This document shows, in pieces, positions 25,900 to 40,517 of a DNA stretch of 64,000 nt (the stretch's first letter is position 1; the number at the start of each line of letters is the position of its first letter). A model generated the notes under the pieces. That model was not told the DNA's origin. It saw nothing but the letters and a program-made list of their open reading frames with translations, and ran no database searches. Source of the stretch: Lama glama (lineage: Eukaryota); the NCBI GenBank assembly GCA_028534125.1, contig CM052816.1, positions 83,826,001 through 83,890,000 on the forward strand. The letters are read 5' to 3'. Position numbers and translations under genes: made by a program.

Positions 25900-27469
25900 T
25901 CTCCCACATTTAAACCTTTGGGCTATGCCCTCTGAATGTGGAGTGAGATGACTTGTGCCTTCAACCTCTTTTCTGAAGGTCCCCTTTATGCCTTTGCTAT
26001 AACTGAAACCTGGTTCTTTCTCAATGACATTCCCGCCTGTAAAATACTGTTTATTATTTTTCATTTAAAATTTCTGTTACCATTGGGTCTGGAGATAGGG
26101 TCGTTGTTCTCCTTATTGCTTCCAGACCATTCTCCTTCCTTTCTTCCTAGAAGAGCCCTCCTTATAGTAATTGTTAACTGATCCCCAAGTCACAGCTGGG
26201 GATCCTAAATTTTACCTTCTGTTTTACCTGTAGAACTGACTCCACAATTCTCTGTCCCCACTGGTAGGTATAAATACTTGGGTCTATTGCTCTGCCCTGC
26301 TACTCACATCTTCCATGCCCTAACTTCTCAACCTATTTATTTTAATTTTCCAGGGTCAGCATCCAAATCAGTCTAGGGTTTGCTCCCTCTATTTCGTTGC
26401 CCTTCTCTGGTTTTCATACTCACCTGACAAAATCCACACCCGAGTAAACACAACTTTCCTTTTCTCCCTCACCTGCATGCATCTGAACATAGGTCAGGGA
26501 AACGCACCACCCCACGGAAGGATCTCACTCCAATCTCATGACCACCAACCTCAGAAAACCTGAATGTTTCCCTCACGCATTCTCATCTGTTTCCTTAGTC
26601 CATTCACTCTCCTAATTACTTAAACAACGAATTCAAGCTGCTTATCTCCCTTAAAGCCTGTAACAACTGCTTCACTGCTGTTGATTTTGCTTCTCCCCTC
26701 ACCAGGGAATATCAAAGCAATTAAGAAAGTTTCCCCAATTTCCCATCTCAGCTTCCAAACACCTTGCATCTGAGCTCATATATCCTTCTCTTTTCTGTAA
26801 CTATGGTTAAATCTGTGCTCCATCTATAACCACCCATTGTGTTATGTTTACTAGATCTGATATCTTTTTATCTATTTATAAATATCAATTCCTCTGTTTT
26901 CCCTTTATCTCTTTTGTTTCACAATGCTGTCCTCATTGAGTAAGCAAATATGGTATTATTTCTCCTGTAAAAATGTCTTGGCCAACCATCTCCTCCCCAT
27001 TAATGACCTTTCTCTGCTCCTTTCTCAAGAAGACAATTAGTATCAGAACTGTTAAAAGTGTTATCTTTTCTCATTCTCTCCATTTTTTTCCTATCCACTC
27101 TCTTCCTCTTCAACACCTCCCACTTAGGTGTTTCCCTACCATTCTGCCAAATATTATTTTGTCGTTTTTTAATATCTGTTCTCTCACTTTATTCATCAGC
27201 GATATTTGACAGAGTAGGGCCAAACCTCTTACATGAAGTATTTTCTTCATTTGCCTTTGATTCTACTCCATTTTGCTCATTTTCCAATTTCACTTATGCT
27301 TCTTCTAAGCTTATGTTTTTCCCATCATCTACCAAATTCTCAAATTTGGAGTTCCCTGCATCTCAGAGCTTGAACCTTTCTCCCTCACTTCTTTAGTATA
27401 TAAACCTCTAATGTCCTTTAAATGCTAATACACCACAACATATTTCTTCATTTTGGAACTTTCCCTGAT
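25900..27469 (+). mobile_element. L2 ORF2 remnant (endonuclease to RT)
   Basis: ORF 25936 contains AITETW, the L2/CR1 endonuclease motif. Pyrimidine-rich L2 RT-region motifs follow (cagcgatatttgacagagt...ctcttacatgaagta). Confidence 0.75.
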
Positions 27470-27969
27470 NNNNNNNNNNNNNNNNNNNNNNNNNNNNNNN
27501 NNNNNNNNNNNNNNNNNNNNNNNNNNNNNNNNNNNNNNNNNNNNNNNNNNNNNNNNNNNNNNNNNNNNNNNNNNNNNNNNNNNNNNNNNNNNNNNNNNNN
27601 NNNNNNNNNNNNNNNNNNNNNNNNNNNNNNNNNNNNNNNNNNNNNNNNNNNNNNNNNNNNNNNNNNNNNNNNNNNNNNNNNNNNNNNNNNNNNNNNNNNN
27701 NNNNNNNNNNNNNNNNNNNNNNNNNNNNNNNNNNNNNNNNNNNNNNNNNNNNNNNNNNNNNNNNNNNNNNNNNNNNNNNNNNNNNNNNNNNNNNNNNNNN
27801 NNNNNNNNNNNNNNNNNNNNNNNNNNNNNNNNNNNNNNNNNNNNNNNNNNNNNNNNNNNNNNNNNNNNNNNNNNNNNNNNNNNNNNNNNNNNNNNNNNNN
27901 NNNNNNNNNNNNNNNNNNNNNNNNNNNNNNNNNNNNNNNNNNNNNNNNNNNNNNNNNNNNNNNNNNNNN
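27470..27969. other. Assembly gap (500 N)
   Basis: Run of n, followed by an A-tract. Confidence 1.
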
Positions 27970-27984
27970 AAAAAAAAAAAGGAT

Positions 27985-28600
27985 TCAAGGTGAGTGTAAC
28001 ATTAACTACCATGACACAGGAGCATTCAGACAAAGACATTGAAAAGAAGCAGCCAGAGAAACAGAAGGAAAACAAAACAAGCACTTCTCCTGGAAAGCAT
28101 AAGTGGAAGTACAGTGCTTCCGGCAGAAGGATGTGTGGTCATCTCTTCCACATGCGGCTGATGGTGAGTAAGGGGAGGTGTGGCAAACAGCCACTAGGCT
28201 TGGCAATGTGGAGGGCAACAGGGACCTTGATAAAAGCATGTTCAGAAAAATGGAGAGACAAAGCCAGATTGGATTCAAGAGAGAATGGAAAGAAAGAAAT
28301 CTAGCACTTCAGGAGAGACAATTCTTTCAAGGAATTTTACTGTGGTGGGGGGATTAATATAATCTGCAGTGCCTGTAAATTGATATCAAGGTTTGTTTGA
28401 TAATTGTTCATAAAATAGAAACGAAAAATAAGATAACATGCCATATTCGTGAAAATGCTTGAGAAAAAGGCCAAATAACTGATACAAGCAAGAAAAGGGA
28501 CAAGCACTAGATCAATGGCCACGTGCAGGCTAGAAGGCATGAGATGCAGTGTGCGAGTGGAAAGAATGGTTTTTATTTAAATACAGGTGATTGGCAGTTC
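27985..28600 (-). mobile_element. L2 fragment (RT region)
   Basis: ggcttggcaatgtggagggcaacagggaccttgataaaagca...gattggattcaagagagaatgg is the reverse of the L2 QSGF...ETAL.KV.NDL region. Confidence 0.75.
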
Positions 28601-30604
28601 CTGCACTATGATGTAGAACTGGGATTACAGAGGTAAAGAATGACAGTTTCTGCTGGCTTATGAAACAGAGTAAAGCTGTATCCTTTACCAAGTTTGAAAC
28701 GTTAGAGTTTGTATCATGAAATCTGGCCTTGAGATGTAGAAGTGGAGCTATCCACTAGTTACTTGGATATATATGAATATGCGCAATATAAGTAAATATA
28801 AGTAAACACGATCTAGAGTTACAAATGTGTTGTTTATCTGTGAATGGTCATTAAAGAGAGGACATTAGCTGGTTAGTCTTAGGACACAATGTGAAGAAAG
28901 TGACTGAGGGCTTAAAGTACAAGCATTGCTGTATTTATGCAGTATACATATATCCCTTTTGAAAATTTCTAACAATGGAAAAAATGCATTACATGATTTT
29001 ATTTTAATCAGACAGTTTTAAATTTATGTTTATTTTTGTGTATTATTATTCTGTCATCTTCAATTTCATTAATAATATCCCCTTAGTGACTTTGCAGAGC
29101 TTTCTAAGGAAATACTTTCTCACAATCGTGTTAGTAAACATCTGTGTTTATATTATCTTTCCTGTGTCTGAAACAAATTCTTTTAGCTAATCTATTTTCA
29201 AAAATAAAGATATTGTCAATATATAGCCAAACCCTTAATGCACTCTTCAGACTTTTTCTGCTATCTTTATTGTCTCCTTATATATTTTGTAAATTTTATT
29301 TTCATAAAACGTTATCCTTCAGTTGTCCCTGCTGAATATATTATTTTAGATTTGACCACTCTTCTCCCCCTTCAATTACCATCTTACAGTTACCTAAATC
29401 ACTCCAGTTGTGGCTCTAGAGAAAAATTAACCTTTTTATGTTAGTTTTAGAAATGGAATTTTTCAATCCAACCTAAGCGGTACCTTAATTCAGAGAAACC
29501 AAATATCATCTAACATAGAGGAGAGAAAGATTTTTTGGTAATAATATATCCTTTAACATTTCCCCACGTATAATTTCCTACAGATTTTACTGTCTTTGAT
29601 AACTTTTAAAATCATTTTTACTAAGGAAAATAAAACCCACAAGATTTCTAAAAGACTTGTCCTTTAGTTGTAACACAAAATCATGCATTAAGCCTCAGCT
29701 GAAACTCTGTTACAACATATTTGTTTGAAATTCTAGTCCCTCTTTGAGAAAGGCAAGGTACTAAACACATACTCTGAAATTGTTCTTTCATACAAAGCCT
29801 TATATCCACAGGAAGCAGTACTTGTGGGACGTTTTTATCTCACTTTGATACATATTGAATTTTTGAAAGCATTTTTGAAAGCATTTTGAAGGCTAGTACA
29901 GGGTAAATTGAAAAACTACATATATACTATAAACCGAGAATAGGTCCAGTTGAGCAGTGCACACTGGCCTAAATTGGTCGGTCTGTCTATCTATCTATCC
30001 ATCCATCCTTATTCTGAATATAATATGCATAGGTTAAAGCAAATTAAACATTTTAGAAAGACCTAAAATATATTATTAGAAATACATTTTCACATGTGTA
30101 GTTAATTAATTTTATTAGGCACAACTTTTAACAATATGTATTATTTCTTAATTCATGTATATAGGCCCTGACATATTTCGGGTCAGCTTTCATAACTATT
30201 TTTCAAAGACAATCTGACTGTGGAAAATTTAGAAACTAGAATAATCACTAAAATTCAATATTTTAGGGGACCTTTTACTAAGAGTTGTGATAATACTACA
30301 TAATATGTCAAAATCTAAGTTAGGTTTAGATAAATTCTTGTGGAGAAATATTAACTTCAAAGCTATTTTAAAAAGAGCAAGAAAATATTGGCTTTATGAA
30401 GTTGGTCGTTTAAATAACTTTGTTATTGCTTCTGTAAGAGTCACACGCCATGGACTATACTCCTATGAAGGGGAAGAACGTTAGAATAATATATTTTAAT
30501 GTGTGATGCCAGAGGAGCACTGCAATGTTGGAATATCTCAGAGCTAAGGCCTGGGAGAATATTTTAAGAAACTACTTTGTTTTCCCTTTGGAAGAATAGA
30601 AGAA

Positions 30605-30875
30605 GCAGCTGTAGTGGATAGATTATTGTCCTTAACTCTTGCCTTCCTCCTCGTGCTGTCATTATCTGACTCTGCAATGCCGCCTGACAGACAGCCAGGT
30701 GGGCTTGACCATGTGACTTTCTTTGACAAAAGGAATATAGTTGTACAGTTCCAGCTGAGGCTCTCAAACACAATATAAACATTTTGCCAGCTCTCTGAGC
30801 TTGTCACGAGAAGGGCTGGCCTCAGGGAGCCATCGTTCCTTCTGTCTGAGACTCAGAATGAAGACTTGTGGATCA
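30605..30875 (+). mobile_element. MaLR (MLT1H/I-like) LTR fragment
   Basis: gaccatgtgactttctttgacaaaaggaat and ctcagaatgaagacttgtgga. Confidence 0.55.
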
Positions 30876-30909
30876 CAAGAGACTCATAAAGACTCACAAG
30901 AGACATCAA

Positions 30910-31030
30910 CACATTGAATAACTTGGAATTAATGGATAAATTCCTAGTAACATAGAAGCTACCAAGACTGAATCATGAAGCAAGGGAAATTTTGAACAGA
31001 CCAATAATTGGTAAGTAGATTGAATCAGAA
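30910..31030 (+). mobile_element. Short L1 ORF2 fragment
   Basis: atggataaattcctag...ctaccaagactgaatcatgaag...tgaacagaccaata encodes MDKFL...LPRLNHE...LNRPI. Confidence 0.85.
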
Positions 31031-33329
31031 TTTCTTTTTAAGTGAAATCTTGGCTGTATTCTTGGACGTCTTCTTGACCAAAGTCTCTCAACCTTCAAGG
31101 ATGGTGTGAATTAGAATTCTAGAAGCTATTACCCAGTTATTAATTTTATGATATTTAATGGCTCTTTTCCTCTCATTATTTAGTATTTTATTTGATTTTT
31201 TCTGAGAATTTTTAATGGTGTTAAATATATTTTAATTAAAATTTAAACAATGTTGATTTTATTTTTAAGAGACTTAAACCATATTATAAAGTCTGTAACA
31301 AATGATTCTATTTCTCAGCACAATTGACTTTTCCAGAAATAAGAAAACCATTTTTTAAAATTTAGATTGACTTTACCTTGTAAATATGAAGACAAAAACT
31401 TTAAGCATCTTATTCACATACAGGGACTCAATTTTATGCTTTGAAAATGTTTCTATATAAACATATTATTTTGACCCCGAGGCAATTCCTTTTGTTCTAC
31501 TTAAACTTCTTTGAACTACACAATAATAGCAACAGGCACATTAGAAAATCTTTCAAAATCATCCTAAATTTACAAAAAATATTGCATGCATTTTTATTTG
31601 CAGTTTTTATTTTTATAAAAGACAACTGTAATCTACTCAATATTAATAAATGTGTATATGCTTATAAAGAAATTATAGAAGTGTATTATCAACTTTCCTT
31701 TTTTTTGGTCAAGGTAGTCAAGCATTGAAATAATTGATTTCACATAATTTTATAAATTTAAAATTGTATCTCTCTCAACAACATATACTTATAATATCAA
31801 GGAAAAATGTTTAAAGAAGATGGATATAATGTTCACCTCCTAGTACTTTCCCTACATAACAGCCTCAGTGGCAGCAATGTAAGGCATATTTTCACAGTAT
31901 CTTATAGAATGACAAATAATAATAATACCATTTTTATTTACATATCAAGCATTCTGGAGGTAGGGAAGTTCATGTTAATTATTTTTATGTAAGAGCGGTA
32001 ATTCTGGAAGTCCCAGTCAGAATTCTACTTATGTGGCATTGGCAAGCTTTTAGCTAATTTTACTAGGCTAATTCCTTTTTACCTCTGGAAGCGGCGGAGG
32101 GACCCAATTTCCTTACGAACACTGCCACATCTTATCCCAGAAATTCAGGTTCTATTGCTAAGGAAGAACAGAGCGCTAAGCATTGTCTAAAACTTGAGAT
32201 TATTTTGGACACCTAATCTAAGTGTCTTTTAAATGTGTAGCTAAACGAATAGATTTGATTTTACTCCTAATGTAAGAATTATGCTCTTTTGAATTTAAAA
32301 AACAAAACTGCTAATGTTGATGTGGTAATATAGGTGAGAATTTTTTCTGACAGACTCTCTATCACACTTCTATATACTACCTTTAATTAATCTCAAACAC
32401 TATTGTATATATAAGATTTGCATCTTCACTGTCAGAATAAACTTACACTTAAAAAAAGTCAACGGCAGTGTCTAGTAAGTTTCAGAGAACATATTGGTGT
32501 TTGGTATAAACATTTTAATTTTAATTTCTTGGCTGAGCAAAACTAAGATTTTTATTACTCTCAAAGTAATATTTTATGGAGAAAATAATTTGGTTTCAGA
32601 AAAAATGTTGTGATCCCATGAAAATATAATTATAGACATTGCTTTAAAATTGTTATTTTACCACCTACTTTACTTTCTGGAAATTAATAGAGAAACAGCT
32701 TCTACAGCTGTAACCAAAGGATACAGACAGTTAAACAATACATTGAAGTTAACTCTAGTGGATAAATATCAGCCTTTTCAAGTATGAATGATATATGTTA
32801 AGTAGAAATAACAAAACATATAAACAAAATAGAACTTTGAAGTTGCATTTCTAGGATGACTAAGTGGTACTAGCACTGAATTGTGTAGCTGATGTTTTTT
32901 AAATCTCTTTTAGTGATTACTCTTTTTTTTTTCCTGTAACTTCTTAATTGGTGGCTGCTATGCAACATTTTCAGTAAATAAAAGTCATTTTTGACAATTT
33001 GCAGCAAAATAATAAAGACTACTTTTTCTTTATTGACTTCTTGGCTGGAAATAGTTTCTTTATCTTCAGACTACAATCAGACAGCTCTTATATATGCATA
33101 TACATGTAGGTACATTCATACAAGTGTGATACATATTATTTCGGTAGGATCTATTTAATTTTAAATGTATTTCTTTAGATAATATTTACTTTTTTAGCTA
33201 ATATATCTTGACTACCTAAAGTACATTGGGCTTTAAATTAGATGTTGCAGACATAACATAACAGGACCACTGGCACCTGTGGAATTAAAGAGAAGGGAGA
33301 CGCATAAGTAAGCAGCCAGACAAGCACCG

Positions 33330-34450
33330 GATGCCACGTAGGATATTCATATGATAAATACAGGGTTCCATGTGAGTGCAAACATCAGGTTTAGGAGATT
33401 TTCCAGCTGAATCCGAGGCTGGAGTGAGAAGGGGGTGGCAGTCATTTGAGGTAGGAGAAGAGGGACAAAGAACACATTGCATAAATGAAAGAGTATGTTA
33501 AAAACTAAGATGTAGTACAGAATTTGTTACATTTAAAGATCTGGAAGATGTTTTTTAATAGCCTGAATGTGGAGTTTGACTAAGGGTGTGGCCAGACATA
33601 AGTATAGTTGTAAAAGGAACCATGTTCTAGGACACTAACAAGTCTGTTTTGGAGTTTACACTAACATTAAGAGAAATGAGGAGTTGTAAATGCATTTTAG
33701 AAAGACCACCTTAACTGCGATGTGAAACATGAATGGATGGACACAAAAGAGAGAAAGGAAAACTGTCTAAGAGTATATGTTAATAATTATAAATTATAGT
33801 ATATAATAATATAAATTATAGTTTGATATATGGCACTAGCAGTAATGATAGAATAAAGTAGACATGCTTGGCAGACATCTGGAGGGTAAAATTATTAAAA
33901 ATTAGAATTAATTGAATATGCTGTGGCTTAGGGCAATGGAGGAATGAAGGATGTCATTGGAATTACTGGTTTCTGAATCTGAATGAATGGAAAATAATCA
34001 CATGAGGTAAAAAACACAGAAGCACAAACCAATGTTGTGGGAGACAAGGTATGGGTTCAGTTTTGGACATGCTGAGTTAAAGAGAATTGAATACAAGTGG
34101 GCATAAACTATACCAAATGATTTCACTGATTTGCTGCACTGAGAAGTAATATTAATTATGAAATATATAAAAGATGACAGTAAAAAAGTTGAAAATCACA
34201 AAAATCTAAGAGTTTTAAAATAAAGATAATAAAACAAAATGTGTAGAGTATTTTTAGTAGACGCACACCATGGTCGAACATATAAATGATACGTGGAATA
34301 AGAAAAAAGAAGAACCTAGGAGCAAAGCATGAAAATGAGCATTCCAGAGACATCTTAGTTGTATTGTCAGAGCTTTTGACTCGGGCATTACTTCTTGAAA
34401 CTTCCTCTTTTCTTCCTATAGTGTCAGTGACAACACAATCTAATGACATT
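33330..34450 (-). mobile_element. Degraded L2
   Basis: cattttagaaagaccaccttaactgc; gggttcagttttggacatgctgagtt. Confidence 0.65.
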
Positions 34451-36829
34451 TTCCTGTCTATCCCATTTATATATTTAGAAAAATATCACTTATAGGCTTA
34501 CATATAAAGGTAAGGTACTACAGTCCTTGAGTTTATTATTAGGGACAATATTTAACTTTTACCCTCTCTAGTCTAGTGAAGGCTTTTAACGAAACGAATA
34601 AATTTAGTTATTTGGACTCTAATTTGATTTCTTATTATGTGATATTTAATACGTGTGCTATTCTTATTATGAAAGATCATTCTAGTGTATTAGAATATTG
34701 AAAATTCAAGTTGTTTTTTTTTAAGCCATAGAAACTCAGGCAGAAATTACAGCCACTATTCTTATGGAATATAGAAATGGTTCTAGGATAGCACAGGGAG
34801 TTGAAGTCATTACCACAGTACTCACAGACTTGGTATAACACAACAAACTGTGATAAAAATTTTATTAAAATAGATTGTGCTTTAGCATTTTAGTATTAGG
34901 ATTATGTTAATAAAGTTGTTTTATTTAAGAAAATGAAAATAAAGTAATTGGAAGAATAATAATTGCCATCACTAGTAGCCAAATTTATTCTTGGCTAAAA
35001 AATGTTTATGTTTTAAAAATTAAATTCTGAGTGTAAAAATTACGTATAGATAGATAGTTGGAGGCACACATATCAGTATCAATACGGCTATAGATATAGA
35101 TAAACCTACATACATTAGAATATATATTTTATGAGGACCTCCAGGTTTAGAAATTGAAATGCTGACAGAAAACACAGATTTCTATAAAAGAAAAAGTGTA
35201 AACAAATATATATGATATATTTATATTACCGATTTTTTATACCTGTTTATAAGTATCTCCCATTCAAGGAGGGGTAAGATTTACTCTCTGTTACAGTACT
35301 TCTCACTATCCCAAGACTGTTTGTTGCACAAATATTATGGGCAAAGCAGTATTTTTTTCTGTCCTCACACAAGCTTTTGAAAGATTGAAGAATAAAACCC
35401 AAGGAAAGCAGAAGCGATGAAATTCAGGTAACTACACCAGTACAAGCAGCTGGAAGTAAGAAAAGTAATACTGAAGGCAGAGAAGAAGCAGTGATTGATA
35501 TCCTTGTTGGAAAGATGGATGAGATCAGGCTGACAGTTTCTGTCTAAAATTGACTTTCCTGCCTCTCCAGCAACTTAATTTTATTTATTTACTTTAACAT
35601 ATGACTTCACAGAAAGTATTTCAAAAGGTGGTTTTATTTGTGTAGGTTTGTAATTAAAATATGAATGTCAAAGGTGATCTGTTTCTTTGCTTGATTTTGT
35701 GTTGTTTTTCTTTGTGCTCCTGCTCAGAAAGAGATGTGCTTTATGTACTTTGCTTAATGTCAATAGATCCAGTATATGTCTTGGGCTGAAAACACAACAA
35801 ACGTGCCTCTGTCTTTGAAGTTGTCATTTGTCTCTCTTTCCCATATTTTCATGACAGGTATCTCCTGAGAAGACTAAGTGGCATAATAGGAGATCAGCAG
35901 GAAATGTAGGCACCATGTTCTATGTGTTAATGCATCAAACGTGCCAACATTAAGATGAGGAATGGCTTCCTGGTATAAAGATTAGAATGTTTTCAGAAAG
36001 AAAACAGCTCTGTGTGAATTATGTTTCTTGCTTAGAGACCAAATGCAAAAATTAAATTGTATTGTTAATGTACTTTCCACAGAGACATAAAAATCTGCTT
36101 TCTTTTTTCACAGTATAATATTATAGATGGCTAATGAAGTCTTCTTTGCTTATCTTTTCCAATCCTGTGGGATGTCTTAAGTTGAAAATTACACCCTGAT
36201 TAGTGAAGGAAGCTGAGTTAAGAACTATGAAGTGCTTTCAGAATCTACATAATTAAATGATCACAGACCAAAAGTTTAAGCACTATAGGGAATATTTACG
36301 CTACTTTGGGTATGTGTGTGTGTATGATGAAACAAAACCTGGTATAGAGAAGATAAAGGAAATAAGAAACAATATTTGATTTCTTCAGGTATTTACTTAA
36401 GATTGGTCATATAAATAGATATATTTATATTTTATAAGAATAAAATATAGGCATTAATATTTGAGAGGTTTCCAAAATTGTATTTGTTGATTAAATGTGT
36501 TCATTGAGTGCCAGACATGTTTGAAGTTGATTATAGTGAGATATACAAGACAAGCAAGGCTATTAGTTTCAAAGATATTAAATACTACGGGTGGGAGTGT
36601 AACTTAGTAAAATGAACAAAATTAAGCAAGGCTTAACTGATAGTTTAAATAAGAGGATTAAGAGAAGAAAAGTATGATTTCTAAGTGTTTGTCCTGGGCG
36701 TGTACCAGGAGAGTAAGTAATTTATTGAGATTAGGAAGACTAGGGAAAAAAGCAAATTTAGACTGTTGGAATCAAAATTCTTTTGTGGCATGCTAAATTA
36801 TACATGTCTACTAAATATCAAAGGTAAAC

Positions 36830-37320
36830 TCCTGACCCAGAGACAGTCAATCAATTAACCGATTGGCCACCGTCAATGACCTGGTCTACCAGGAATACAC
36901 TTTCTAACCTAGATGACGTATTGGGAATGGGGACTATTTAAACTGATTGAGTTCCTTTTGCCAGGACAGAACACTCATCCCATAAATCTTGGCTACCAAG
37001 TTCTCACACTTGTCAAATTCTTTGGAGAATTGCCCTCATTAGCCTCCTTAGAGATTATGCCAACGGTTTCAACGCTACTAAGTTTCAGAAGGGTAGGGTA
37101 TAGAGGTTTAACTCCTGGTGTTTGGTTGGACTACCTCCTCGGTGCATGTCAGCCCCATCAGGCTGAAGCTCTCCTCCAGCACAGATCGCGTCCTGGCTTA
37201 GCCTCCTTTCCAGCCCTGCCCCACTTCCCTCTGTCCCTTTCTGAGAGAACTTCTTTAACGTAAGACTTCCACAGAAAGCACCAGCTCAGGCATTGCTTCT
37301 AAGAAACTGATTTAAGATGC
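36830..37320 (+). mobile_element. ERVL LTR (LTR16-like)
   Basis: ccctgccccacttccctc...ctcaggcattgcttctaagaaactgatttaaga matches the LTR16 3' end. Left boundary approximate. Confidence 0.65.
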
Positions 37321-39324
37321 TTGCGTAACAATCAACCGCTGCTAAAGAAACATGACAGCAGGCTCCCGCGGCTAAGCTGCGTCTTGAACTGTAACTACAC
37401 TGATAAATAATGCTCTCGATTCTGGGAGACCTGCTGGAAGAGGCACCTCTAGTTTCCCTTAAGACTTGAGATTGTAGTATATTGCTCCCTTCTTTAATTT
37501 ATTGTACTTACTTCAAAAGTTCTTTGTTATCTAAAAACCTGCCAACTGCATCAATGCCCCCTGCCCCATGGAAGGCTAAGGAACAGAATATATGATTCAA
37601 AAAGGCATACTCAGAAATGATATTTCTTGTTCATGTAAATGTGCTTTAATTAAATAAATAAAGCTGTCATTCGGAAAATTTTTAGAATAATATTTAATTG
37701 AGTTTTTCTTCTATAATTTGTAGTTGGAGAAATGACTAAGAAAATTCAGGGTGGAAAACTCGATGTCTGTTAAGAATTGAATCTTACACATTTCCTGGCC
37801 CTGTGTTTACTGCCATTAGTGGGTCCTCGTAACTTAGAATATTTATCACAGATTTTAAAAAAGCAATGTGATCATGGATCAAAATCTATGATTTTCCACA
37901 CTTCCTTTCCCAGCGTGTATAACACCTCTTGCAGTTTGGAGGGGGGAAGTGGGTGGAGTGTGACCACTTTTACAACTACAACTTTACATTGGGGCATGGT
38001 GCTTTTTCCTTTATTTTTCTCCCTTTTACTTTCTCAATTAAATTGAGAAATTACAAAGCAGCAAAATGTTGCAGCTAATCCGCTGGGAGAAAAATTATAT
38101 GCATATAAAATAAAGGATACTGCCTTTTTCATGAACAGTGGGTGAGCTATTTGAAAATTTTATGCCATTAGCACTTTCAATATGTCATTAACCTAGAAAA
38201 TAAGAGGGAATAATGAAAGTCATTAAAAGCAGTTGAGTGGCCTGCTGTAGCCTGGCCAATAAGAGAATAAAGAATGAGAAATCAAGCAAGACGTTCTATT
38301 ACATTACAAGTTGGCAGGGCTGTGTCTACAAGGGAGGTGTGTGTGTATGTATTTAATTTTTTCTTTCTCCATACTATGCTTTTAATGTATATAAGACAAA
38401 AGAAGATTTTTAAATCCTAGATAGGATTACCAAGTGCTAGTCATAAAAATACCAGCTAAATCTAAAATGAAGGTTATTCTTCTAAATTTGAAGCACTGAG
38501 CACACTCTGTATGTCCTCCTAAAATCTGTTCGATCACAACTCTCTGGACCACTGTGTTCAGGTAAGGTTGCATTTTAAAAGAAGAGTCATGAGGCTACTT
38601 TTCCACTGGCTACAAAATTTACGTACTTCTTGTGTTATGAGACACAAGACAAATAGTTTTCCCTGTGAATGTTAAGTACCACCTCCTACAACCAAATTTC
38701 TTTCCTCTGCCTGTAGTCTCACCTCAGCCATGACCAACCCTGGAAACTCTCAGAATCTGCTGATTTTTAAACTGACTTTGATATAAACCAGCCATGATTT
38801 TGTGCTATGCCCAAGACTATACTGACTTTATTATGGATATCAGGTTGAAGGGAGAGTCAAGATTGCCACTAAAATTCCTTATTAGTCCAGGATAAATGTA
38901 TGGAGTTACTGTCCTCTGGCTTGATAAAGTTTGATTCTGCTTCTCTAAAGAAACCTAATGCAGGAGTTAAAGCAGGCAGATGGGGAAAATTACAAGCAAA
39001 GGCAAAAGAAACAAAAAGTGAATGGGGGCCAGCTGTTCTAAGTGCTTGAGATTCAAGAACAGACACGAGATTAATTTGAGAGGAATACACCACATATTGT
39101 AAGAAACTGTTTGATCAGATGGAAAAGGCCATGGGAAATACTGATAGAGCTGAAGCCCGGGCTGATCTGTGCACAGTTTCCTTCCTTAACAAGGTAGCTC
39201 TTTTGACAATTTCCTAATAATAGAATTTGACTGTAGTAGATATTCTCAGTCCGGAATTTCATGATGGGAAATATTAAGAAATTAAATATATACATATGCA
39301 CTGATTTGCATGCACTGATTTGAA

Positions 39325-39655
39325 TCTAGCCTATGACACAAATGAACTTATTTACAAAACAGAAACAGACCCATAGACATAGGAAACAAACATGGTTACC
39401 AAAGGGAAAAGAGGGTGGGGTGGGGGATAAATTAGGAGTTTTGGGATTAGCAGATACAAATGACTATATGTAAAATAGAAAAACCACAAGATCCAACTGT
39501 ATAGAACAGGGAGATGTAACCAATATCCTGTAATAAACCATAATGGAAAAGAATATAAAATATATATATGTAGATAGATAACTGAATCACTTTGCTGTAC
39601 ACAAGAAACTAACACAACATTGTAAATCAGCTATACTTCAATAAAAAAGAAGCAA
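39325..39655 (+). mobile_element. L1 3' end (cetartiodactyl type)
   Basis: atgacacaaatgaacttatttacaaaacagaaacagac...ataactgaatcactttgctgtacacaagaaactaacacaacattgtaaatcagctatacttcaataaa. Confidence 0.9.
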
Positions 39656-40169
39656 AATGAATATTGAATTTTCACATATAATATAATGAATCCTTTGTGA
39701 ATTCCCATATCGAATATATAAATTCTATATTCTTTAGCATTTTAATATTTTTCCATGAACTATTTTCTTTGCAGCAAATTTTTAGCGTTGTTTTGTTTTG
39801 ATATTCTAGCAATACTGCTGAGACTCTAAAAAATAATACTAGAAGAAAAATACACATTGCTTGGTTTAGCAAACTGTGTAAATAACATATCGATAACAAC
39901 TCCTTGCCTTTTTTCAAGTACTAATTTTCAGTTCAGTACATATGGTTTGAACGATTTCTTATGTGTACTACCACCGAGGAGTTAAATAAATAAATAAATA
40001 AACATAAAACTGCCATTTAAATTTTATCTCAATCTCATTATAAAAAAATCAACTAAATAGAATAAATGTGCCAGCTAAGAAAGTGGGGGAAATTTCAAAA
40101 ATTACTTTATAAGTGAAATTGTGCATGTTTTTGAAAGTATTGTACATTCCATAAGCTAAGTAGCAACTC

Positions 40170-40204
<35 letters not shown>
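40170..40204. repeat. (TG)n(TA)n microsatellite
   Basis: Read directly from the sequence. Confidence 0.95.
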
Positions 40205-40352
40205 TTATGTTTCTGTGCTGTTCCATTCTACAAAATATATCTACTGTTCTGTCATTGCATTGTATATTCTCTTCTATTTTTACACATATTATTTTGCACA
40301 TATTAATTGGCCCTCAGAAATTCAGGTGTTTGAGCTCTTCGATTCTACTTGG

Positions 40353-40517
40353 TTTGAGAGAGAATCTGCATAATTTCTACATGGAAAATATATTTGAGAC
40401 ACCTGTTTGTTCAATATGACTGTAATGTAAATATGTTCATGGACACAGAAATAAAAATATAAGCACTTCCATAATAGCTATTTAGAACTCTAAAACACCA
40501 GGATGAACATTGTTCCT
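40353..40517 (+). repeat. Copy 1 of a diverged ~160-bp direct repeat
   Basis: Shares acacctg.ttgttcaatatg, atggacacagaaata.aaatataa, taatagc and tgaacatt.ttcct with 42250-42405. Confidence 0.8.

Noticed and set aside
27422..28304. Three long ORFs (206-283 aa)
   Set aside because: Artefacts of translating through the 500-N gap.
25900..28600. L2 RT region in opposite orientations on either side of the gap, suggesting an inverted duplication or misjoin
   Set aside because: The two pieces are too diverged from each other. Independent L2 insertions explain them, although orientation across the gap cannot be verified.
29861..29891. Three tandem ttttgaaagca-like units (similar small duplications at ~39297 and ~48750)
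   Set aside because: Ordinary slippage duplications with no spacers, so not CRISPR-like.
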